From assembly GCA_021785355.1 (NCBI GenBank), contig JAJYFR010000001.1, positions 135,096 through 199,095 of the forward strand: 64,000 nucleotides of DNA. The letters run 5' to 3'. Position numbers and translations under genes: made by a program. The DNA comes from a bacterium (GTDB taxonomy: Bacteria > Patescibacteriota > Dojkabacteria > JAKAPS01 > JAJZLI01). The notes beneath the pieces are model-generated. The model did no database searches. It saw nothing but the letters and a program-made list of their open reading frames with translations, and was not told the origin of the DNA. Positions within the stretch are counted from its first letter, which is position 1. Every line of letters begins with the position of its first letter. Shown piece by piece: positions 56,829 through 64,000 of the stretch.

Positions 56829-58646
56829 TTATATCTTATTCTCTTCTATAATTTTCTGTAAAGCTTTCATGTCTAAAGTCTTTGGATGATCAAAATCTTC
56901 TCTCCAATTTATGCTTAAAGAGGTGAATTGATCATTAATTATATTTGAAACTTCTCTTTCTCCAATTATTATTTTACCAGGTATTTTTTCTATTGCAGCA
57001 CTTCTTATTTTTTTAGACAAACTTTCGTCTCTTTTATCTACATCCACTCTTCCTCCTAAATCTCTAACGATTTTTTCTAAATCCAAAGCATGATTGAGAT
57101 ATTTTTCAGATACGGGAATAATTCTAAATTGTATAGGAGAAAATTTTAATGGAAAGTTTCCTCCAGTTTGTTCTAAAAAGAAAGCAATGAATCTCTCATA
57201 TGAACCCAATATAGATCTATGTATAACTATAGGGGTCTCTTTTTCCCCATTTTGATTAATAAAAGTAAGGCTCATCCTTTTAGGTTGAAGTATATCTATT
57301 TGTATAGTTGCAATAGTATCTTCTTTTCCAAAAATGTTTTTTATTTGGACATCTAATTTAGGTCCATAAAAAGCTGCCTCCCCTATTCCTACTGTATAAT
57401 TATTCTTACTTTTTTTTAAGCTATTTTGTATCTTTTCTGTTGCATATTGCCACATTTCTTTTTCTCCTTCATATTTATCCTTATCAAAATCAGGTAAAGA
57501 AAGTCTATACCAGTAACCTTTTATGTTAAGTTCTGAATATACTTCTTTAAAAAGGGATAAAACTTTCAAGAACTCTGATTCAAGCTCATCTTTGGGAGTA
57601 TATATATGTGCATCATTTTGAGTTATTGGACCTCTTATTCTAATAAGTCCAGTTAAGGTACCTGATCTTTCATATCTGTATACCGCAGCTGCTTCTGCAA
57701 GTTTTAATGGTAAATCTCTATAACTTTGAGTTATTTTTTTATATACCATATGATGATGAGGACAGCTCATTGGTTTTATATAGAATATATTACCTTCTTT
57801 ATCTTTAAATGAATACATGTCTTCACTATAATGAGTTGCATGTCCCGATTCTTCATAAAGTAAAGCTTGTGTAATATGAGGTGTTGCTATATATTTATAA
57901 CCCAATCTTTCTTCTTTTTTTCTCATATACTCTATAAGTAGATGTTTGATAGTTTCTCCTGAAGGAAGAAGTATAGGAAGTCCTTGTCCTATATTTTCGG
58001 AGAGTAAAAATATCCCAAGTTTCTCACCTATATTTCTATGATCTCTTTCTTTTGCCTCTTCTCTTTCTTTTAGATAATTTTCAAGTTCATCGAAAGTTTC
58101 AAAGCATGCTGCATAGATTCTAGTTAACATTGGGTTTTTCTCATCTCCCCTGAAATATGCACCAGCAATAGAAGTTAATTTAAATGGACCTATGTTTTTA
58201 AAAGAGTCTACATGTCCTCCCCTACATAGATTTATAAATTCTCCAGATTTATAAAAAGTTACAATGTCAGTCTCATTTTTTTTATTATTATTATCCATTT
58301 CTTCTTTTATCGTGCTACCTTTTTCTTTTATATCTTTGAGCAGTGATAAAGAATATATCTCATCTTCTTTTTTTAAAAATTTTTCTGCATCTTCAATACT
58401 CATTTCTATTTTTTCAAATGTATAGTCCTTTTTTTGAAGTTCCTTCATTTTGTTTTCTATTCGTACTAAATCATCTTCTTGAATTTTTATATCTCCAAAA
58501 TCATAATAAAATCCATCATCTATTGCAGGTCCTATTGCAAGTTTGGCATTAGGGAATAGAGTTTTTACTGCATATGCAAGTAGATGAGCTCCTGAATGTC
58601 TCATTTCTTTTAATTTATCTAAATTTTGCAATTCTTTGTTTTTCAT
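56829..58646 (-). CDS. thrS: threonyl-tRNA synthetase (lacking the N-terminal TGS domain)
   Basis: Begins in the N2/editing-like region (RHSGAHLLAYAV...AIGPAIDDGFYYDF). Class II motifs (FRGDEKNP.. motif 2-like, ...GYWYRLS..), C-terminal anticodon-binding domain. 605 aa. Confidence 0.9.
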   Translation of the reverse strand: MKNKELQNLDKLKEMRHSGAHLLAYAVKTLFPNAKLAIGPAIDDGFYYDFGDIKIQEDDLVRIENKMKELQKKDYTFEKIEMSIEDAEKFLKKEDEIYSLSLLKDIKEKGSTIKEEMDNNNKKNETDIVTFYKSGEFINLCRGGHVDSFKNIGPFKLTSIAGAYFRGDEKNPMLTRIYAACFETFDELENYLKEREEAKERDHRNIGEKLGIFLLSENIGQGLPILLPSGETIKHLLIEYMRKKEERLGYKYIATPHITQALLYEESGHATHYSEDMYSFKDKEGNIFYIKPMSCPHHHMVYKKITQSYRDLPLKLAEAAAVYRYERSGTLTGLIRIRGPITQNDAHIYTPKDELESEFLKVLSLFKEVYSELNIKGYWYRLSLPDFDKDKYEGEKEMWQYATEKIQNSLKKSKNNYTVGIGEAAFYGPKLDVQIKNIFGKEDTIATIQIDILQPKRMSLTFINQNGEKETPIVIHRSILGSYERFIAFFLEQTGGNFPLKFSPIQFRIIPVSEKYLNHALDLEKIVRDLGGRVDVDKRDESLSKKIRSAAIEKIPGKIIIGEREVSNIINDQFTSLSINWREDFDHPKTLDMKALQKIIEENKI

Positions 58647-59235
58647 ATCTTTTATATATTATATACAGTGTAGCTATAATTATTAATATTATTGATGAAT
58701 ATGTAATGTTTTTCAATACAGATTCTAATAATTGTAAATTTCTTCCCAAAATAAATCCTAATGTTCCATACAATGATGCCCATACTATAGATCCAGATAT
58801 ATTGTATATAAAAAACTTTTTATATTCAATTTTATGTATACCTGCAGTTATAGGTATAAACATTCTTAAAACAGATAGAAATCTTCCTATAAAAACTGTT
58901 TTGAATCCATATTTATCAAAGAATTTTTTTGTATAATCAACATATTTAATATTTGTTTTTAATATTTTGGAAAGAAATTTAATAAAAGAGATTCCATATT
59001 TCTCTCCAATCAAATATCCTAAATTATCTCCTAATGATCCTGATATAACAGCAGTAAGGATGACTAAAAATATATTTAATTTATTGGGATATAAAGATGC
59101 ATATACTGCACCAAAAGCTAGAGATGTTTCTCCAGGAAGAGGTATTCCTAAACATTCTAGTAATATAAATAATCCTATTATAAAGTAACCATAATGGTTT
59201 ATGAGATTAAATATAAAAAGTATAGATGAGTTCAT
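58615..59235 (-). CDS. DedA-family (SNARE-associated/TVP38-like) membrane protein
   Basis: GYFIIGLFILLECLGIPLPGETSLAFGAVYAS.. is the DedA signature (E.lG.P.PGE). 206 aa. Confidence 0.8.
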   Translation of the reverse strand: MNSSILFIFNLINHYGYFIIGLFILLECLGIPLPGETSLAFGAVYASLYPNKLNIFLVILTAVISGSLGDNLGYLIGEKYGISFIKFLSKILKTNIKYVDYTKKFFDKYGFKTVFIGRFLSVLRMFIPITAGIHKIEYKKFFIYNISGSIVWASLYGTLGFILGRNLQLLESVLKNITYSSIILIIIATLYIIYKRYEKQRIAKFR

Positions 59236-59256
59236 TTTTTTATTGTTAAATTAATT

Positions 59257-59330
59257 GGGTCCGGCTGGAATTGAACCAGTGACCTCAACAATGTCAATGT
59301 TGCGCTCTAACCAACTGAGCTACGAACCCA
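59257..59330 (-). tRNA. tRNA-Val (anticodon GAC)
   Basis: Minus-strand sequence GGGTTCGTAGCTCAGTTGGTTAGAGCGCAACATTGACATTGTTGAGGTCACTGGTTCAATTCCAGCCGGACCCA. Acceptor GGGTTCG/CGGACCC. Anticodon stem CAACA/TGTTG with loop TTGACAT, giving GAC. T-loop TTCAATT. Confidence 0.85.
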
Positions 59331-59906
59331 TTACTTTATTATTTTATCTATAATTCCATATTCTAAAGCTTCTTTGGGTGTCATCCAAAAATCTCTGTCT
59401 ACATCTTTTTCTATTTTGGATTTTTTTTGACCTGTATTTTTAGCAAGTATAGTATTTAGATTATCTCTGATATTTAATATTCTTCTTGCTGTAATCTCTA
59501 TATCACTAGCTTGTCCTTCTGTACCTCCGGATGGTTGATGTATTAATATTGATGAATTTGGTAAAGAATATCTCTTTCCTTTTGCTCCTGATGAGAGTAA
59601 AAATGCCCCCATTGAAGCTGATAACCCCATTGATATAGTAGACACATCACAAGATATATGGTTCATTGTGTCGTATATAGCCATTCCTGCATCAACAGAT
59701 CCTCCAGGAGAGTTTATATATAAAGATATATCTTTTTGTGAATCTTCTTTTTGTAAGAATAATAATTCTGCAATTATAAGGTTAGCAATTTCATCTTCTA
59801 CCTGACCTCCTAAGAATATGATTCTTTCTTCAAGTAATCTTGAATATATATCATATACTCTTTCTCCTCTTGCAGTCTTTTCTATTATTGTAGGTATTAT
59901 TGTCAT
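59331..59906 (-). CDS. clpP: ATP-dependent Clp protease proteolytic subunit
   Basis: Ser-His-Asp triad context: [11 protein letters not shown] (Ser), LIHQPSGG (His), 191 aa. Confidence 0.94.
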   Translation of the reverse strand: MTIIPTIIEKTARGERVYDIYSRLLEERIIFLGGQVEDEIANLIIAELLFLQKEDSQKDISLYINSPGGSVDAGMAIYDTMNHISCDVSTISMGLSASMGAFLLSSGAKGKRYSLPNSSILIHQPSGGTEGQASDIEITARRILNIRDNLNTILAKNTGQKKSKIEKDVDRDFWMTPKEALEYGIIDKIIK

Positions 59907-60844
59907 GATTGTTTCTTAACTAATTCAACAACTTCTTTTAAACTTTTATAATATCTAATATTATAGATAAATTCATCTGCGTTCAATTTTTTTAAATCAT
60001 CCTCATTCATAGTTTTTAATTGATCATCTATATCTTTTTGATTCACTTCAATCTTATTTTGTTCTGCAAAATTTTCAGTAAATACATCTAGTTTTAATTG
60101 ATCCATCAATTCTTTCTCTAAGTCTTTTATAACTTTTTCTTTTGTTGTATTAACTTGTTTTAAATATTCATCTAAGGATAATTCTAAATTTTTAGAAAAT
60201 TCTTCAAGATTTTTTAAAGATTTACTTACATGTTCTTTTATCATATATTCAGGAATATCTTCCTTATTTAGTTGTAATGTATTTAATATCTCTTCTATAA
60301 TTAAGCTTTCATATATATTATCAGTATATTTATCTTTATTATTTTTTAAATCTTCAAGTATTTTTTTGTTTTCTTGAGATTCATATTTTTTCTCTTCTTC
60401 TATATATTTTTCTTCAGCTTTTTTCTTAGAAACTTTTATTTTAGAAATATCTATACTATCTATTTTAGGTCTTGTATAACATAATACATTAATTTTTATA
60501 TCTTCTTTATTCCCTATTTCTTCCAAGAAATCTTTTTCAAAATATATTCTTAATGGATTTATCTTTTCTTCGTATATATATTCTATTACTTTGTTTTGCA
60601 CATCTTTATACGCTTCTTCTTTTATATGTTCTTCAAAATTTGAGAATACAAGCTCTTTAGGTGCCTTACCTTTTCTAAAACCTTTAATTTCTTTTACTTT
60701 AATAAATTCTTCAGTTACATTATCTAATGATTTTTCTACGAGATTGGAGTTTATATTTAAAGATATAGTCAATTTAGAACCTTTTTCTTCCTTTTTATTT
60801 ACTATTGTTATTAAATTTTCTTTTTTAGTCATAATATTCTTCAT
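59903..60844 (-). CDS. tig: trigger factor, short form (N-terminal ribosome-binding domain + C-terminal chaperone arm; PPIase domain apparently absent)
   Basis: TF signature [12 protein letters not shown] (GFRxGxxP ribosome-binding loop) at about residue 55. 313 aa, whereas canonical TF is about 430 aa. No FKBP-like block is evident between the N and C regions. Confidence 0.75.
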   Translation of the reverse strand: MKNIMTKKENLITIVNKKEEKGSKLTISLNINSNLVEKSLDNVTEEFIKVKEIKGFRKGKAPKELVFSNFEEHIKEEAYKDVQNKVIEYIYEEKINPLRIYFEKDFLEEIGNKEDIKINVLCYTRPKIDSIDISKIKVSKKKAEEKYIEEEKKYESQENKKILEDLKNNKDKYTDNIYESLIIEEILNTLQLNKEDIPEYMIKEHVSKSLKNLEEFSKNLELSLDEYLKQVNTTKEKVIKDLEKELMDQLKLDVFTENFAEQNKIEVNQKDIDDQLKTMNEDDLKKLNADEFIYNIRYYKSLKEVVELVKKQS

Positions 60845-61250
60845 CTATTTTTTTCTCTATATCTTCTGGTATGTAATTATCTTCCATATCAAAAAAATCG
60901 TTATTATTAATCTCTTCATTTTCTGTATACTCATCTTGTTTAGAGATAGTTCTAGATTTTAGAGGTTTTCCGCAAATTGGACAAAATTCTGATTCTAAAA
61001 CATCCTCTTTACAGTTAGGACATTTTACCACATTTATGTCATTTACTACATCTGTATTAGATTCATCATCTTCATCTTCAATTTCTTCTATTATATCTCC
61101 AGATAATATATCTTCATCAATTTGATCAATATTAATGTCGTCATCAATATCTAATATATCAATATTATCTGGATCAATATCTTGATTAATTAAATCATTA
61201 CTTATATCAAATTCATCTTTTATATCTGAAATCTTCTTCTTTTTTTTCAT
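60825..61250 (-). CDS. highly acidic protein with a central C4 zinc-ribbon (CPNC...CPIC), unknown function
   Basis: 141 aa, about 35% D/E, repeated DIxxDID motifs, VVKCPNCKEDVLESEFCPICGKPL. Immediately upstream of tig with a 20-nt overlap. Confidence 0.45.
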   Translation of the reverse strand: MKKKKKISDIKDEFDISNDLINQDIDPDNIDILDIDDDINIDQIDEDILSGDIIEEIEDEDDESNTDVVNDINVVKCPNCKEDVLESEFCPICGKPLKSRTISKQDEYTENEEINNNDFFDMEDNYIPEDIEKKIDEEYYD

Positions 61251-61271
61251 TATATGATAATATAGTAAATT

Positions 61272-61889
61272 ATGAGCAAATTATTAATATTACTTAGTGG
61301 TTCAATTATACATTCTATTGTCAAATTTTCATATATAGGAGTGTTTGTATTAATGTTGCTAGAAAGTTTTAATATACCGATTCCTTCTGAATTGGTAATG
61401 AGCTTTTCTGGCTTCCTCGCATACAAAGGTGTTGTTAATATTTATTTAATAATATTAGTTGGTACAGCTGGAAATCTTTTGGGATCAATACTGTCTTATT
61501 ATTTAGGTTATTATGGAGGTTATCCTTTGTTAGAAAAATTTGGGAAATATATACTTATAACAGATAAAGATATTAAAAGGGCTCATGTTTGGTTTCAAGA
61601 GAAAGGAGATTTTGCAGTTTTTTTTACAAGAATACTTCCTGTATTTAGAACTTTCATATCTCTTCCTGCTGGTATTGCAAAAATGGATATAAAGAAATTT
61701 ACTCTGTATACATTTTTGGGAATATTAATTTGGGATACTATTCTAGTTTATTTAGGGTATTATTTTTCATATAACTGGAAAATAATTTATACATTTATAG
61801 ATAATCTGTCTATATATTTCTTTTTGTTTTTGATTTTACTTATAGGTATTTACATTTATAGACATATTAAGAAGAAGTCTTCTCGTTGA
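61272..61889 (+). CDS. DedA-family membrane protein (second paralogue)
   Basis: IGVFVLMLLESFNIPIPSELVMSFSGF (E.lg.PiPgE-like). 205 aa. Confidence 0.78.
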   Translation: MSKLLILLSGSIIHSIVKFSYIGVFVLMLLESFNIPIPSELVMSFSGFLAYKGVVNIYLIILVGTAGNLLGSILSYYLGYYGGYPLLEKFGKYILITDKDIKRAHVWFQEKGDFAVFFTRILPVFRTFISLPAGIAKMDIKKFTLYTFLGILIWDTILVYLGYYFSYNWKIIYTFIDNLSIYFFLFLILLIGIYIYRHIKKKSSR

Positions 61890-62943
61890 GTAATTCTCTG
61901 AATGTGTCTAATGTTAATTTCGCTGTCTTTTTCCAAGAATATTTACGTGCTTCTATAAAACCTAATTCTCTCAAATCATTAGATCTTCTAATGGCCTCTA
62001 TTACACCAGTAGCTATATCCATAATATTATTAGGGTCAACAAGTATTGATGCTTTTTCTCCTATCTCTTTTAGTGCAGAATTATCTGAAGTAACTGTAGG
62101 TATTCCCATTGCAAATGCTTCTAGTAATGGTATCCCAAAACCCTCTTCTTTAGAGGTGTAAACGAACACATTATTTTTGAGGTATTCTTCTTTTAGAATG
62201 TCATTTGATACGTATCCTGATATGTTTACGTTTTCTTTACACTTAAAATCTATGATTGTTTTTATTAAATTGTCATAATCATCCCCTTTTTTACCTATTA
62301 TGTTTAATTTTACTTCACCAAATTCTTCTTTTATAATTGGAAGTATTTTAACTATTTGAGTAAAATTTTTTCTAGTAGTTATTGTTCCTACTGAAAGTAT
62401 ATTTATGACATTTTTTTCTTCTTTTCGTTTTGATTTTCTAAAAACTTTTTTATTATAACTTTCGTAAATAACTTTTATTTTTTTCTCATTCACTCCTTTA
62501 TAATTATTTAGAATTTCTTTTTTTGTGTAATTTGATACAGCAATAATTTTGTCAGTTGCAATAACAGCTCTTTTCATAAAAAATTTTGTAGTTTTTACTC
62601 TTTCACTCATATATTTAAAAAATAGATCATGAACTGTTATAACTTGTTTTATTGTTTTATTCTTTATAAGAGGTAGGCTTGGAGTTGGTGAGAAAACCAA
62701 ATCAATATTATCTTTCATTAACTCTTTATACAAAGAAGTATGTATCCAAGCTTTTTTATTTTTTAAATATTTAATTTTTACATTTTTGAATTTTTTCTTA
62801 TAAGGGTGATTTGTATATAAGTAGAATTTGAATTCATCTGTCTTATCAAACTCTTCTATCATATTTATAGTATAATTTTCAATTCCTGTAAATTTTTTAT
62901 TTAATATATCTTTTGCAATTATTCCTATTTTATATTTACTCAT
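61867..62943 (-). CDS. GT4-family (GT-B fold) glycosyltransferase
   Basis: C-terminal EGFGIPLLEAFAMGIPTVTSDNSALKEIGE (E-x7-E nucleotide-sugar-binding motif of GT4/GT1 enzymes). Confidence 0.85.
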   Translation of the reverse strand: MSKYKIGIIAKDILNKKFTGIENYTINMIEEFDKTDEFKFYLYTNHPYKKKFKNVKIKYLKNKKAWIHTSLYKELMKDNIDLVFSPTPSLPLIKNKTIKQVITVHDLFFKYMSERVKTTKFFMKRAVIATDKIIAVSNYTKKEILNNYKGVNEKKIKVIYESYNKKVFRKSKRKEEKNVINILSVGTITTRKNFTQIVKILPIIKEEFGEVKLNIIGKKGDDYDNLIKTIIDFKCKENVNISGYVSNDILKEEYLKNNVFVYTSKEEGFGIPLLEAFAMGIPTVTSDNSALKEIGEKASILVDPNNIMDIATGVIEAIRRSNDLRELGFIEARKYSWKKTAKLTLDTFRELLNEKTSS

Positions 62944-62981
62944 AGTAGTTTCATTGTTATAATGTTATTACTCTTTGATAT

Positions 62982-63053
62982 GGGGGTATAGCTCAATGGT
63001 AGAGCATCAGCCTCTTAAGCTGTTGGTTCTGGGTTCAAATCCCAGTGCCCTCA
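62982..63053 (+). tRNA. tRNA-Lys (anticodon CTT)
   Basis: GGGGGTATAGCTCAATGGTAGAGCATCAGCCTCTTAAGCTGTTGGTTCTGGGTTCAAATCCCAGTGCCCTCA. Acceptor GGGGGTA/TGCCCTC (with GU pairs). Anticodon loop CTCTTAA giving CTT. T-arm CTGGG-TTCAAAT-CCCAG. Confidence 0.8.
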
Positions 63054-63062
63054 TATTTTAAT

Positions 63063-63135
63063 AACACCTAGAGAGATTCGAACTCTCGGCCTTCTCGTTC
63101 GAAGCAAGATGCTCTATCCGCTGAGCTATAGGTGC
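63063..63135 (-). tRNA. tRNA-Arg (anticodon TCG)
   Basis: Minus-strand sequence GCACCTATAGCTCAGCGGATAGAGCATCTTGCTTCGAACGAGAAGGCCGAGAGTTCGAATCTCTCTAGGTGTT. Anticodon stem TCTTG/CGAGA with loop CTTCGAA, giving TCG. T-arm GAGAG-TTCGAAT-CTCTC. Convergent with tRNA-Lys, 9 nt apart. Confidence 0.75.
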
Positions 63136-63251
63136 TCTATCTCTCATTTTAGCAGTTATTATAGATATATATAAGGGGTTGAATAGGTTCAGAGAATTTT
63201 GCCACTAGGGTGTGGATAAGTGTATATAAAAAGTTGTAGTATTCTAATTAC

Positions 63252-63500
63252 TTAATTTAGATAAACTACCACTATGGAAAATAGTAACATAGATTTAGCA
63301 AAAACAGAAAGGATTAAATGTCCTATATTATATAGCGTAGTTCTCTTGTAAGTTGAAAATATATTATTGTCAGGATATATAATAGATACTATATGGAGAT
63401 TTGGTGATTGTATAAAAGATATTAAATGATTGTATATTCCTAGAATATCTAGATTGTTAGAACCTTTCTTATAAGTATCCATATCATTAATAACCTTCAT
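63252..63500 (-). CDS. small hypothetical ORF (82 aa), possibly the remnant of a disrupted gene
   Basis: ORF in track. Upstream, an out-of-frame open stretch continues (…LIDDLNSIIKEKKATEQRNYEGY*), suggesting a frameshifted or degenerate gene. No motif. Confidence 0.2.
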   Translation of the reverse strand: MKVINDMDTYKKGSNNLDILGIYNHLISFIQSPNLHIVSIIYPDNNIFSTYKRTTLYNIGHLILSVFAKSMLLFSIVVVYLN

Positions 63501-63749
63501 AATTTCTTTGCTCTGTAGCTTTTTTCTCTTTTATAATAGAATTAAGGTCATCAATTAAATAATTTTGTCTTGATACTTCATAAGGAACTCTATAATCAAA
63601 AATCTCTAATGAATATTTTAAATATAATGGTAAAATGATTCTATAAATTGATTAAGAATGCCAGTGTTTTCAATAAATGATCTCTTAAGATAATTACTCC
63701 AGAATTAAGGTTGACTTTAACTTTGGAGTATGATAGTATTATTGTGATT

Positions 63750-64000
63750 ATGGATACAAAGGTAATAAAAAGAGATATTGTGGATGATATAATGCGTTAT
63801 ATCAATGATAGTAATATAATAGTCTTACATGGCGCAAGGCAAGTTGGAAAAACTTATATCCTTTATTATATAAAAGATTTACTTGATAAAGAAAGTAGAT
63901 CTACATATTATATTGATCTTGAAGATTCTAGATTTGTTGATCTTTTAAATCAAAGAGTGGAAGATTTTATATTATTCTTGCAAAATGAAGGATTTGAAAT
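63750..64000 (+). CDS. N-terminal part of an AAA-family ATPase of the AAA_14/DUF4143-associated type; 3' end lies outside the window
   Basis: MDTKVIKRDIVDDIMRYINDSNIIVLHGARQVGKTYILYYI. The pattern 'reason-for-name.. LHGARQVGKT' is the Walker A of this widespread ATPase family. Confidence 0.55.
   Translation, partial: MDTKVIKRDIVDDIMRYINDSNIIVLHGARQVGKTYILYYIKDLLDKESRSTYYIDLEDSRFVDLLNQRVEDFILFLQNEGFE

Noticed and set aside
58343-59188. Plus-strand ORFs 58343-58552, 58574-58936, 58967-59188 over thrS/DedA
   Set aside because: Antisense to thrS and a DedA gene; no motifs.
60591-60962. 123-aa plus-strand ORF antisense to tig and the acidic zinc-ribbon gene
   Set aside because: Antisense low-complexity ORF.
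1-64000. Alternative genetic code (UGA=Gly, code 25; or UGA=Trp, code 4) suggested by the very low GC and CPR-like gene content
   Set aside because: Large conserved genes (rpoB, rpoC, gyrA, recG, pheT) are full length in the standard-code ORF track and Trp positions are TGG. This is consistent with code 11.
1-64000. CRISPR arrays, IS elements or prophage blocks
   Set aside because: No regularly spaced direct repeats with unique spacers and no transposase-like ORFs. The only recombinase (23172-24149) is a chromosomal-type XerC/D-family protein.

Overview
This window reads as chromosomal DNA from a very AT-rich, reduced-genome bacterium. The gene content and short, tightly packed genes suggest a CPR/Patescibacteria-like organism; that is an inference, not a demonstrated identity. 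Long uninterrupted ORFs such as rpoB (1161 aa) and rpoC (1287 aa) indicate the standard genetic code. There is no obvious foreign island, CRISPR array or IS element.

The content is mostly information-processing genes:
- a contiguous rpoB-rpoC-rpsL-rpsG-fusA block, then tRNA-Leu-efp
- yebC-ruvCAB
- gyrB-gyrA
- the conserved thrS-infC-rpmI-rplT-pheS-pheT cluster
- rpsP-rnc-nusB-rpmF-rsmD-recG-tyrS
- clpP-tig
- four tRNAs (Leu-CAA, Val-GAC, Lys-CTT, Arg-TCG)
- a tmRNA (ssrA) missed by the ORF track

Envelope and surface genes:
- A complete monoderm-style type IV pilus locus with a pilM-pilN-pilO set and no secretin gene.
- A second, orphan pilN-like/pilO-like pair immediately upstream of rpoB.
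- An LCP-family gene, a class A PBP, an O-antigen-ligase-like/TPR membrane protein and a GT4 glycosyltransferase.

The most unusual points:
1. A 536-bp gene-free, repeat- and hairpin-containing region upstream of a CDGSH / FNR-like / Xer-recombinase trio.
2. Two overlapping unknown ORFs inserted inside the otherwise universally conserved thrS-infC cluster.
3. infC apparently initiating at AUU behind a perfect AGGAGG.
4. Domain-minimised versions of ThrRS (no N-terminal TGS region) and trigger factor (no PPIase region).

All functional calls rest on motif recognition in the supplied translations. No database search was possible.
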